A DNA stretch of 64,000 bases. It comes from Podarcis pityusensis. Taxonomy: Eukaryota. The stretch is taken from assembly GCA_964106645.2 (NCBI GenBank), contig OZ067046.1. One strand, given 5' to 3'. Position 1 is the first letter of the stretch. Every line of letters starts with the position of its first letter. Shown here one piece after another: positions 1 through 11,472 of this stretch. The position numbers were made by a program, and so were the translations under genes. The notes under the pieces were generated by a model. It saw only the letters and a program-made list of their open reading frames with translations. It was not told the DNA's origin and made no database searches.

Positions 1-391
1 TCCCGATCCCGGCATGACGCCGCGCGGGACTCGGGAGGGTGGCGCGGAGCTGCCTGCATTCCGAAGCCTGGTGCGCACTGAAGAGCGCGCCCGGGCTTCG
101 CGCACCTCTCCACAAGCCTGGGGAGACCGGCTCGGTTCCCTAGGCTTGCGGATAGCAGGCTGTTCTGGGGGCTGGGGTCGGGGGAAGCTCGGGCTTCCCC
201 CGCGCCTGCCCCGTGCCTGGGGAGGGAATTTTTTTTTCTTTATTTCCCCCCCCCCAAAAAAAAAATAGGTACCTTGAACGCACCTTGTTTTAGAGGGAGA
301 GAACAAGAAAAAAATTTTTTTCCCTGTTCTCCCCCTCCTATGATCCGGTGCGTCCTATGGTCCGGTGCGTCCAATGGTGCGAAAAATACGG
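1..391. mobile_element. Tc1/mariner (Tc2-like) non-autonomous DNA transposon, right part, inserted at TA into an L1 fragment
   Basis: Ends GTGCGTCCAATGGTGCGAAAAATACGG|TA, similar to the terminus of the element at 27139-27756. L1 3' sequence resumes at TA 392. Confidence 0.7.
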
Positions 392-685
392 TATGTGGGG
401 TTTTGTGTCAGCGTCGCTTGTGCAGGTTCTCTGCTATTCACTTGTGTTCCTTTGGTGGTGAGAGAGGTTGGGGTTGGCCTAGGGTGTGGTTGTTCATTTG
501 TGGTTGGCTGTGGTGGTCTTTGTTTTCATGTGTGAGTGGGGTGGGTGGGTGTTTTTGAATCAGGTTAGCCATATTGATTTGTATGCTGTTGGTGGATTTT
601 TGTCCTTGTCTTGTTGGGCTGTGTGTGTGATAAAGGGGAGCCATACAGGGGTGAAGAAGTCTTCCTCTATTTGTCCCCTATGTCA
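392..685 (-). mobile_element. L1-clade LINE 3' fragment (same family as 39851-40551)
   Basis: Near-identical to 40066-40355. Confidence 0.8.
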
Positions 686-689
686 TTTT

Positions 690-905
690 AAACTGTGGTA
701 TTAATGCTGTATTCTTAGTTTTAGATTTTGATTTATGTGGAAATGGTTTTCCATTTAGTTGTGTTTTTTTAATTTGGTTTATATATTGTTTATGACTTTT
801 GTAATTATGTAAATCTTGTCATGTTGTAAGCCGCCTTGAGCATTGTTTTTAACCGTGGAGAGGTGGCATACAAATAAAATGATGATGATGATGATGATGA
901 TGAAG
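690..905 (+). mobile_element. L2-type LINE 3' end with (GAT)n tail
   Basis: TGTAAGCCGCCTTGAG...GAGAGGTGGCATACAAATAAAAT(GAT)n resembles a squamate L2 terminus. Confidence 0.5.
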
Positions 906-3900
906 AAGAAGAGCCACTACTATTCAGTGCAGACCATATTGAGCTAGATGAACAACAGCCAAACACTATATAAGGCAGCGTTCTATGACTGTGAGCAGAC
1001 AGGAGCTCCAAATCACTAATGCACAGGAAACTACACATTTGACTCAGTCCTCAGTGGTGGGTTTTTTTTTGGAATGGGTTGGGGGATTATGAAATAGTTG
1101 CCACTCTAACCCAAGGCACAATTTTTCTGCCCCTACAAAAGAAACTGCAGTAAGGTTTTATTATCCCAGATGAAGGCATCAGTGTTCCAAATAAAACCTT
1201 CAGAAGAAAATGGCATTATGTGGGAAGACCGTGAAGACTACATCTATTATCCAAAGACGACACCGTTTATTTTTCCATTATCTTCTGAAGGGCTTCTTCC
1301 CAGAAAGAAAGAAAGATAGACACAAATTGCCTCTGCTGGCATATTATTAATAGCTTTCAGATAAGCTATTAATAATACAGCAAGAAACTTGCAGCTGATG
1401 AATTGTTCCCAGGAAGGACAATTGAAACTTTTTTCTTTTTTAAAGGAGAGTCATCACTCATTACATACAAGAGAAGAGTATTTGCTAAGCAATGTGTTTT
1501 TGTTTTTTTTAACAAACTCTTAAATGCTTTGATTAATTTAAGAGGAAAGGCTAGATTTCATTTTTTAAAAAAAACTTAAAAAAAACAAACAGTTCAGAGC
1601 ATACAGTCAAAGTTAAGCTTTTGGAAATCTTGCACATGCTTGCCTCTGCAACCGAAATCAATGCAACTAACTCTGCCTGCATCGTTGTCCAAAGTTGTTT
1701 TAAATTGTTTTTAATGATGTTTTAATGTTGAAATCCACCTTTGGGACTTTAGGGGGATGGGTTGGTAATAAATAAATAAATTGTTAAATAAATAAATAAA
1801 TAAATAATATTTTCAAATATCTTCAGTGTTTTTAATCTTGAACTTTTGGAGCATACCGAGTATAACATTTTTGGATCCGTCATCCTTAGATGACACTGGA
1901 GAAACAACGAAAGAGGACTTTAAAAATAAAGAATCCTGGGAATACTGCATTTTGAGCGTGCAGAGCGGGGGGAGAACTCTTACATCTTTGGGAACTAATT
2001 ATTTAGAAGGCAGAGGGGTTTGTGTGTTTATGTTTACAAACAGAAGTAGCTCCTAAAACTTGTCACATGCCAAATATGTTCATCCTAATGCAGGAACAAG
2101 CTTGTCTCTCCCCTAACGTCAGTGGGAACTGAACTTGCCACCTGCTGCTGTAAATAACAAAAACCTTGCTTCAATAACAAAAACCTTGCTTCCATTCCAG
2201 TGAAGCCAGGTGCTAAACTTGAGGGCCGAACTCAAGAATGGAAAGCCCTCTGGGAAATCCACGTTTGCTCTGCAAAAAGCTTGCCTGCTTACTCTGGGCA
2301 CGCAGATGTAGAGGGATCTCAGCCTCTAATTAGCCAGCACAAACGCTGCTTGTTTTCAGTCGGCTACACTCTGTAACGTGAGCGACTCAAAGTGGCTGGA
2401 GTTTCAGACGGTCACGTGCGTTTCGAAAAGGAAGAACGGAAAGAAAGAGAACCATTGTGCAGAGCAACACACAAACCCAAGAGCACAGTAATTAAAACAA
2501 ACAAACCTGAGGAATCAACTTAATTAAGTCCCCGGTCCAAATGGTGCTTATTCCGTTTATATTTGGGAAGACATCTTTTTTTCTACACTTTTGAGGAGCA
2601 ATAGGGCGTTCTCATTAACTGCTGATAAACAGTTTTCATTGGCAAGGAAAAGGAGAATGTTCTTCTGCACTGGCTGCCATTGTAAGATGGGTATTAACCA
2701 AGCCACCTGATAAAACACAGCCACATCCAAGGACTATGCTCTATGTTCAGACATAATTTGCAACTCCAGCAGGACACTGGAGCTGTTATATATACCAAAG
2801 CAGAACACTCCCAGGACTCTAGTCCCACTGTTCTGGTTCTGGCAGGGGACAGGGGCCGGTGACTCAGAAGAAGGAGTAAGCAATTCTGCTGTGACTGCAG
2901 TAATCCACCTTCATCCCTAGTTATAAAGAGATTGGCTTTAGTCCTGGAGGTTTCATATTCCTCTAAAACCAATCTGTCATTAATTATATGGATTTAAGAT
3001 GCTCCATGGGGATAGGACAAAGGCAGAAGGGACAAAAACCAGGCTTGCAAACAATAGCTTCCAATCCGTGTAGCCCTGAAAAGCATTTCACAACTCATAA
3101 GTCAAAAGATCTGAAGGGGTGGTTTTGCACATTGTGCTCGCCATTTTCATGCAGAAAAAGAACACAACATGGAATTATGCAGGCTAAAGGAAAACTTGGA
3201 AGGTTACAGGAAGAAAATATCTCTAAAAGTTGCTCATTCGCGCATGCTACCTTTTTCCAAAATACCTGAAAAACTTCAATATTGTGAAGTTATTGCTCAC
3301 CTGAGATGACTTTAAAACATGTTGGAAAGCCATGATATGTGTACATGTGGCACAACAGCTGCATGTACACTCATCAAAGGTAACAAAGTACACACAGTTC
3401 TTTGTGATAAGGATACCCACACAGAAAACATTGGTGTGTGGAACATTCTTTGGCTCTTGTTCTCATCAACAACAGGCTTCACCTTTTTAATTGTTAACAT
3501 CAGTTAAAATTGAAAGCAGTAGTTGATTGATTTGCCCAATTAGGGGCGGTTTCCGCCCCAGAAGTATTGTTGAGCAATGCAATTCTTCTGCAAGGTTTGC
3601 CTGACAAGGAAACAGCATTGATAGATTCTGGGCTTCAGATAAGAGCAATTTAAAATAAAAGCTTTCTAATAAGTAAGAGACCACAGCCCACCCAAGTACA
3701 GTTTGAAGTGTCAATATAGTTGCTTCAATAGAGATGTGCTGCATTTTATTTGCAGAGCAAATGACTTCTGTTTTAAACATTTAACTTGAAGACTGTGTTT
3801 ATGATCATAATTTAGTGAAAATTATTTACGTTTGGAGCCTATTCACACCATTTCAAAACCAGGTTTCTTAAGGGACAGTACCCATTTCACAGTTTTAAAT

Positions 3901-5072
3901 GGGGAAGCCACTGGTTTAAAGAAATCTTAATTGCAAAATATTAATTTTGTGAGTTTTATCCGATTCATTGAATGTGAAGGCTCTGCAATTACCATCACGG
4001 CTGTTAGGTACTGATACCTCCTGGTTAACCCTGTAAATCTTGCTTCCGTAACTGTTCTCTTACACACACATTGTTAGAAACTGAGATATGAAAACTAGGA
4101 GCTAAACAGCACCTTAAACCTAGGTTATGGGCGCAACAACGGAATGTCTAGGCGCGCTTTTTTATAACAAGAATGCAAAGTTGAAAATGAATGAACTGCA
4201 GCTAAAACATTATGTTCATTTTTTTTACATGGTCTAGTCCAGGGGACCCCAACCTGTGGCCCTCAGAGGCCGTTTAACCGGCCCCTGAGCCCTGAGTTCA
4301 TCACGTGTAAAATAACAGTGCCGGAGGAAAATCTCACATGACTCTAATGGCATACTTAAAAATAACATAGCACTTGGGAAACTAACATGAAATGGGAAAT
4401 TTAAGAGATGTGCATTGTGCTTCAGTGTTCTACGGTGTTTCTAAGTAGAAGTTCTATTAGGAAGGGTTCTGTAATGTTACTGTTCCCACTTGCTTCCAGC
4501 ATAGGTACACTTACAGCAAAGATACCTAGTAACAGCTGGTGTAAATGTTTTGTTTTCTAGAAACATTCATGCACAGAGACAATTAAGGAAGATTTGCTGA
4601 CCATGGAAATCAAACTAGACATAATTCTTACTTCTGCCAAACAAGATGAAACCTGTATCTTTGCTTAAGTCTCACCGGAGATTTTAATCTTCAATAAGAA
4701 AACCTGTCCCTAATTTATCAAGCCCCTCTACTCCCACTCAAACAAACAAACAAACAAACAAATGGAGCAACATGGCAAAGTTTTGTCAAGGCAGTGGCAA
4801 GCTGAGAAACTAAGGTTCTGGCTCCAGTCCAATTTTAAATCATCAACATAATCAAAAAGAATCATGGGGCTGCTTAGTATGTGAACTTTAATGTGTGCAG
4901 CTAGCTTTGCCAAAGAAATAATCTTATTTGTTCTCTTTCTCTCTCGCAAAAGCAATGTGCCATCTTCATGGGTGTGGCCTGCTGGCAACACAATTTGGAA
5001 AAGTTGTCAAAAGCCCCACTGATCACATGGAGCCTCTTGCACAATTCTTTGGGGTGTGGCTAACCTCTAGTG

Positions 5073-5392
5073 CATGGGTAGGCAAACTAAGGCCCAGGGG
5101 CCGGATCCTGCCCAATGGCCTTCTCAATCCAGCCCACAGACGGTCTGGGAATCAGCGTGTTTTTACATGAGTAGAATGTGTCCTTTTATTTAAAATGCAT
5201 CTCTGGGTTATTTGTGGGGCCTGCCTGGTATTTTTACATGAGTAGAATGTGTGCTTTTATTTAAAATGCATCTCTGGGTTATTTGTCGGGCATAGGAATT
5301 CGTTCATTTTCCCCAAAAAATATAGTCCAGCCCCCCACAAGGTCTGAGGGACAGTGGACCAGCCCCCTGCTGAAAAAGCTTGCTGACCCCTG
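5073..5392. mobile_element. hAT MITE with 8-bp TSD CTCTAGTG
   Basis: Termini CATGGGTAGGCAAAC / GCTTGCTGACCCCTG. TSD at 5065-5072 and 5393-5400. Contains an internal duplication of about 70 bp. Confidence 0.88.
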
Positions 5393-6151
5393 CTCTAGTG
5401 CTAGCTAACCAAGTAGCTAGTTTCAGAAAAGCATGAATAATTTCTTTAGTGACAGTCTGCACATGAGCAGATGTTTTAAACAACATCTTGATGTCCTGGA
5501 AACTCAGGGCAACCATCCAGAAGCAAATGCATGCTCCCAGACATTTAAAGTATGGCATTCAATGCTGCACTCTGCTTATGCTTTCACAAAAAGCATGTAG
5601 ATTTTGAGGGTTTGCCAGTGCGGCCAGGAGGCTGTCCTCAGCTTCCCAGTAGAATTCATTTTCAGGATGGCTCTAGCCACGTTAGGTATTGATACATATG
5701 GTTGTAAGGGAGTGTAAGCAGTGAAATGAGAGGGAAATTAAATGCAACAAGTACAGATGGTGCCATATAATTAGAGTGAGAGTACATGAAAAATAAGCAC
5801 ATTGTGTCTAAACATACAACTAAAGTTTGCAGTTCATGCATTTGATGACGTGGACTCTTAATATTTGCAGGTTTAGGCCATAAGGACATTTTCTAGGTCA
5901 TTTAGCCTCCACAAGTCTCTGCTGTTGTATGAGGGAAGAAGCCACACCAAGCAGAACTGAACTCCCCATGAATGTTTGGGTAGTTCAGCCCTCCTTTCTG
6001 CAGCTGAAGTGATGTGTGAATGTCAGGTGTGTGGTTGAGGGGTGTGGTTTCATTAGAGCAGGCTTGTAGGCCAAATGGGGTGGCCTGGCAGGCTAGACAT
6101 TCCCCACCCTGACTTAACTAATGTTCAGAGGCACAAGGTGCAGCTACTTAC

Positions 6152-6200
6152 GATTTTCCTTGCTGAGAAATAGACGTCTTAGAAGGTGCATCATACTGCT
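6152..6200 (-). CDS. AFF1: AFF1 coding exon (49 nt): (K)QYDAPSKTSISQQGK(S)
   Basis: ttcttttacag|AGCAGTATGATGCACCTTCTAAG...CAAGGAAAATC|gtaagt. Resembles mammalian QYDTSSKTHSNSQQGTS; phase 1-2. Confidence 0.9.
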
Positions 6201-6837
6201 CTGTAAAAGAACAACAACAACAACAACAAATGTTTTAGGCTGTACAAGCATTGTACCATTTAAATTGTTTTCTATTGCCCTCCCCTCTGTGTGTGTATGC
6301 CTCTCACACACAAAGATTTATGCATTATGCAATCTGTTATAATTAGGGCAGCAACTTTTAACTGACGGTATATCGTCTGAATCCATGCTAGGGGTATGGA
6401 TTCATATAGGTTCCCCAACAGTTTGCATCTTTCATTTTTATTCCACAAGTTAAATACTTGTCTAATGCAGCTAAGGACCAAATAAATAAACACTGCTCAA
6501 ACTTTTGGACAGCTGTTAAATGCCTTTCTGCTCAGTGGAATTCTGTAATTCCATTACAGATAATTCAGGAAGGCTGCCTGGGGCCCAGGAAAGACTGAGA
6601 TGACCACTATCGATTGGCTTTACAACCAAGATAAGGATAAGTGGTACACAGGTGGCATACAGCTTCCTCCTTCCACATGTATTCCCACACTATTCCTTGG
6701 AAACTTTTGCGTCTTGTTTCCATGTGGTTAGTGACGTTCACATGGCCGTGCATCGCACTAATGACACAGTAACCATAAACACCATCATGTGTAGCCATGT
6801 GATCTGCTTTAACCAGATATAAAGAGACAAAGTATTG

Positions 6838-7080
6838 GCTGAGACTCCAATACTTTGGCCACCTTAAGAAAAGAGAAGACTCCCTGGAAAAGACCCTGAT
6901 GTTGGGAAAGATGGAGGGCAGAAGGAGAAGGGGACGACAGAGGACGAGATGGTTGGATAGTGTCCTCGAAACTACCAGCATGAGTTTGACTAAACTGCGG
7001 GAGGCAGTGGAAGACAGAAGTGCCTGGCGTGCTCTGGTCCATGGGGTCACAAAGAGTCGGACACGACTAAACAACAACAA
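6838..7080 (+). mobile_element. RTE-BovB LINE 3' fragment
   Basis: Encodes LEKTLMLGKMEGRRRRGRQRTRWLD, the BovB C-terminus; ends in a (CAA)n tail. Confidence 0.92.
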
Positions 7081-7273
7081 AGACACAGACGTTACCTGGA
7101 GTGGTGCTAACTACACCACATGGGGTTACTTCTAAATCTGCTTCAATCAGCCCCAGCAATAGCTAGAGCTCAACCTTTTAAAAAGCACTACTAGAATGGT
7201 CATGGGTTCATCACTCTGCCTCAACTTCCATATCGCAGTGATAGCCAGGAGCAGTTGCTGCCAATTCCAATTA

Positions 7274-7522
7274 CAGTACACCTCAGACTATATTACCCTT
7301 GGGTAACGTAAACTTCAGGTTGCGAAAACGGCAAACCTGGAAATGTGTTGCTGCGCGCACATGTGCAGAAGTGGTCTACCGCCCCATGCACATGCGCAGA
7401 AGCAGTCTACCACCCCACGCGCATGCGCAGAAGCAGTCTGCCACTTCTCCTCGGGTTGCAGAAACTTTGGAATCCGGCCGGACCTCCGGAACGGACCCCG
7501 TTCGCAACCAGAGGTACCACTG
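7274..7522. mobile_element. Tigger-like mariner MITE with internal ~31-bp repeats
   Basis: TA|CAGTACACCTC...GAGGTACCACTG|TA. Three GCACATG(T/C)GCAGAAG-type units inside. Confidence 0.7.
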
Positions 7523-7808
7523 TAATTGATTAGGTCGTTTTTGTTGCTTCTGAAAGTTTCCTCTGTTTACAAGTAAATGCCCAATAGATACAAATATAGG
7601 AATGTTTACAGTGCATGCAGAAATGTATGCAGCAGACAAACACTGGGCTCAAGCCAACGGACACTTCTATTGTTCAACATGCTTTCATTTCAGTAAAGTT
7701 TTGAATGGAAATTTCTCTTCCATCCCTGTTGAAATGAACGCAATCACAGCAGGACACAGCAGACTGTATCCAAGCAACCGCACATAGATTTTTAGATCTC
7801 TTACTTAC

Positions 7809-7845
7809 TCTGGCTCTGTATGACTGATCCACCATGCTGGGTTTC
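7809..7845 (-). CDS. AFF1: AFF1 coding exon (37 nt): ETQHGGSVIQSQ(K)
   Basis: ttttccctctttctag|GAAACCCAGCATGGTGGATCAGTCATACAGAGCCAGA|gtaagt. Resembles mammalian DSQHVSSVTQNQK; phase 0-1 fits the neighbouring exons. Confidence 0.9.
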
Positions 7846-8601
7846 CTAGAAAGAGGGAAAATGGAAATTTTAATCATAGAATAGTAGCTAAGCTCCCACC
7901 TTCAACTTTCATTTTGGCTATGAACTAACTAGGTGACCTTAATCACACCAGTATCTCTCAGTCTTTTAATCTACCAAACAGGGATAATACCAGCCTGCTT
8001 TACAGGAATGTTGCAACAATTCTTACAGCGATTTATATAATACCGCTGAGGGATAAGATGTCAGGTCTCTGCCCCAAGGAGCTTGCAACTGGCGCAGAGG
8101 AACAACAGAAAAGAAATGAAGGCATGGGTAAACAGGGAAAGAAACTACTTTTATATCATCTACTTATTTTAGAAATCTATGTTTCACCCTTTAACGAGTT
8201 TTGAGGGTAGTTTACAAAAACCGTAAGAAATGGGGACTAAAAGTTTTTGTTAAAGATTCCACAGAGAAGTTGAGCTTTGAAGAATAATTTCAAAGAAGTG
8301 AGGAGGTGGCCTGAAAGGCAATTCCAGGCATAAGGGGTGAGAAAGGGGAGCATTTCAAGACAATTAACACGTCATGACATACTATGAATACTGCTATAAT
8401 GAATGGAAGCTATTTGAACACCGTAAAGAAATATACTATTGCTAAGCTATTGTTTTGTCTTCAGAGTATCCTCCGTAGGACAATGTGAGTATACTGACTT
8501 TGTGCGCTGCAGTAATTACGTTTACAGTCATCATTTTATTGTTTTTCAATTCAAACTTCTTTCAATGGGTTGACATTCTTAACTGATTAGATTTAAGCAA
8601 C

Positions 8602-8637
<36 letters not shown>
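8602..8637. repeat. (TAT)n microsatellite abutting the donor of the 87-nt exon
   Basis: Read directly from sequence. Confidence 0.95.
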
Positions 8638-8638
<1 letters not shown>

Positions 8639-8639
8639 C

Positions 8640-8726
8640 CTTTGCAGGGAAAGGAAACTTTGAAGGCTCAGCTGTGCTAGGAGTATGGATGGCTGTCAAA
8701 GGAGGTGGCCATGAATGGGTCATTTC
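8640..8726 (-). CDS. AFF1: AFF1 coding exon (87 nt): [29 protein letters not shown] (ELL-binding region)
   Basis: Conserved AFF motif [16 protein letters not shown]. Acceptor (ct)n ttag|GAA, donor AAG|gtataa; phase 0-0. Confidence 0.97.
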
Positions 8727-8729
8727 CTA

Positions 8730-8756
8730 AGAGAGAGAGAGAGAGAGAGAGAGAGA
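8730..8756. repeat. (GA)n microsatellite forming the (CT)n polypyrimidine tract of the 87-nt exon
   Basis: Read directly from sequence. Confidence 0.95.
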
Positions 8757-8889
8757 ATGGAAAAAATGAAAACAAGTCTTTAATGCCCATTTCCTGTACT
8801 TACCCAGCATCAAGACACATGTAAACCCAAAGCACTGATTATAATCTGCGTTTTTGCTTCTTGGTGCTTGAGAGCCTTGCAGCTATCAC

Positions 8890-8891
<2 letters not shown>

Positions 8892-8930
<39 letters not shown>
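8892..8930. repeat. (GT)n microsatellite
   Basis: Read directly from sequence. Confidence 0.95.
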
Positions 8931-8931
<1 letters not shown>

Positions 8932-10305
8932 CTTCCCTGGCATTTGAGGACTTTGGTTTGGGGTAGGAAAATGCATAATACCACCATCCTTCTACCTTCT
9001 ACTGCCACCAATCATTTTGAATATACTGCATACTAAATTTTAAACTGTGGATTAAAAACAGCAGCAGCAGCAGAGAAGAACTGGGGTAGGTACTGGAATT
9101 TCAGATTCTGCTTTGAACCTCAGACCCATATCAACTTCCTTTGGCTGTTACGAGGTATAGAGTATACAGTGCTGTTTTTAAAATGCATGTGTCCACTATT
9201 TCTCGGGGCAGGGAAAAAGGAGGGAAAAAAGCTTCTGCTAATAATACTTGATGAAGTGGCACAAACTAGAAAAAGCTGGGGTGGGACGGAACCTAGAGAA
9301 AGTGTGTATTCAATAGCAGTTATGGAATAGCCTTATCAGGGAGAAGTTTGATAGTTTGCGAATTTTTGCGGGGACTATTAATCTGTGTGGGGTAAAAATA
9401 CAGCACCCAGAATTCTCTGAGGCGGGCAATGTGCTTTGAATGTGCTTTCAAGGTACAGTATGTACACAGCCACATGATACTGGCTCTCAGTTTGTTTCTG
9501 GGCCCAATTTAACGTGGTGGTTTCAACATTTTAAATGGCATTGGCCTTTTAAATTTTTAAATGCCTTTATAGACCAGGTTACTTTAAAGGCCATATGGAC
9601 CTACACAAACCTCTTCAGAGGCCCTGCTTTCGGTGCCCCCACCAAACAAAATGAAGTGGATAACCTCTAGGAAATGTGTTTTCAACAGCAGCACCCCAGT
9701 TATGGAATAACCTTCTGAGTTAGGCTCATGGGGTGCCCATCTTTGTAGCCTTTTAAGTAACCTTCTGTTCACCTAGGTCTTTTTTTAAAAACACAGGTGG
9801 TCTGGGCCTCTGTTTGTTTTTTTATGTGCTTTTAATTTTGAAGATGCAGTTGAAAATGAGATCTTCCAATAACCAAAACTCATGGCTGAATTTTTGTACC
9901 TCTTCCCCTTCCTTTTAAAAAAGTGTTTCTTTAAAAAAAAGTTTTACTTGAAATTTCAATTGTTTGCTTATTTATCGTAAACCACCCACAGAACTTCACA
10001 GCACAAAAAGGTCGTATCTACATACAGTATGTTATCTAGGGCTAGCAATTTAGAAAATATGAAACACATGGTTTTGTTTCAAACCTATTACAAGGATTGC
10101 CCAGAAACATTCAGGTTGGGTAGTTTGAAGCATTTCAAAGGAAACCTTTATTGTTCATCCAAAGCAAACAACCTTTGAATTCACACCCTGTAACTAGCCA
10201 CAGAAAAAAATAAGCAATTCCTTCCTTTACACAGCAGAAATAAATGGTTCTGCTGCCGACATCTGTTGCTTAAAGAACACACCAACCACAGGCAGATACA
10301 CTCAC

Positions 10306-10350
10306 CTTTAAAATTTCTTCAACACAATGGACTTCATTGGAGAACGATTG
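10306..10350 (-). CDS. AFF1: AFF1 coding exon (45 nt): QSFSNEVHCVEEILK
   Basis: Manual reverse complement: ttttccag|CAATCGTTCTCCAATGAAGTCCATTGTGTTGAAGAAATTTTAAAG|gtgagt. SNEVHCVEEILK is AFF1-type; phase 0-0. Confidence 0.96.
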
Positions 10351-11159
10351 CTGGAAAACAACCAGAATAAAAAAGAAGTGGGGGTTATTCCATGGACTGG
10401 TCCAAATTCATAAGCAGAAATGTAAAGATTTGCTTAAACAGCTGTTTTATTGACGCTGAGTATGACGAATGAAAGCGTGGTATTTATGAACACTGTTATC
10501 AGGAACCCTGTTTAGGGGAAAGATTTCCTTTCCTCACTTAAGTGCTCTCAGGAGGGGCTTCCTTCTCCTCAATTAAACTGCACCCCCCACACATGAAGTT
10601 TACTCTCCTAGCAATGTGAATTGCTGCATGCCAGAGAGGCACCACATCTCCCAGTGAGGTATCTTAAAGAGGGAAGCTCCTATATCACGCCGTCTCTTTA
10701 TGTAGTTAACTATTTTTGCCGCCGGTTGGAAGAACACAAAGTAATCGCCGCAGGAGGCTGCCCCTCCAAGGAATAAAAGGCCAGTGCGGAGGACATACTC
10801 GGTGTCTCTTCTAAGATATTGGCGCCACACCCGTTGCTTTGTTACAGAAACACTTAGAAATTCACCTTTGTCCACCACACCCACGCAGGAGAGCTTAAAG
10901 GCTCTGGGCTTTCTGCTCACAGTAGAGAGAACAAGGCAAGTCTCAGCTAGACTTCAGCAGATTAACCCAACATTTAGTTAGTATTCGAACACCCAGCAGT
11001 AAGCTATGCTGTGATAGACAGAAGCTTAAAGAAAGTAGAAGGCAACATTCAAAAAATAAAAAGCTCATTTAGAGGGGGGAGAGAATGAACAATATATATA
11101 TAATGACGATAGTATTAGATTACTGAATGTATGGGGTGTTGGGGAGGGGTAATACCTCT

Positions 11160-11472
11160 GGTGGGGGACACCTTGGGCTCCTTCTGGGTTAGTTTGTCCA
11201 TCTTTGTTCCCCACAACTATCACCTGTGGCTCCTAGAAGCTGTAAGCATGTGACAGCGGCCACACCCTGGGAACGGTTTTAACTGGCCGGCTAAACCATG
11301 TGAGGGTAGCTGATGGGCCTCAAACCTTCAGTGACTTAAGGACTTCCCCTGCATGCAAAGACAGGCTCTGGCAATGTGCTGCAGAGGGAAATGAGGCACA
11401 GATTGGGCTCATCAACCTGGGAAGGTAGCCCATCCAGGAGAAGGAAGACTCCAATCCTAAACCTCTGCTGCC
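11160..11472 (+). mobile_element. Possible RTE-clade LINE 5'-region remnant
   Basis: GGGAAGGTAGCCCATCCAGGAGAAGGAAGACTCCAATCCTAAACC resembles RTE 5' UTR motifs, from recall only. Confidence 0.3.

Noticed and set aside
1-240. GC/CpG-rich start of the window resembling a promoter CpG island
   Set aside because: It appears to be the interior of a Tc2-like transposon whose terminus ends at 391.
2153-2192. 20-bp tandem duplication AATAACAAAAACCTTGCTTC x2
   Set aside because: Ordinary slippage duplication with no further structure.
2900-2965. EYETSRTKAN resembling QYDTSSK
   Set aside because: The matching exon was found at 6152-6200 with good splice sites.
4810-4865. Minus-strand DYVDDLKL resembling the next AFF1 exon (MLEDDLQLSDSE)
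   Set aside because: No SDSE acidic run and no suitable phase-2 splice sites. The true exon is probably beyond the window start.
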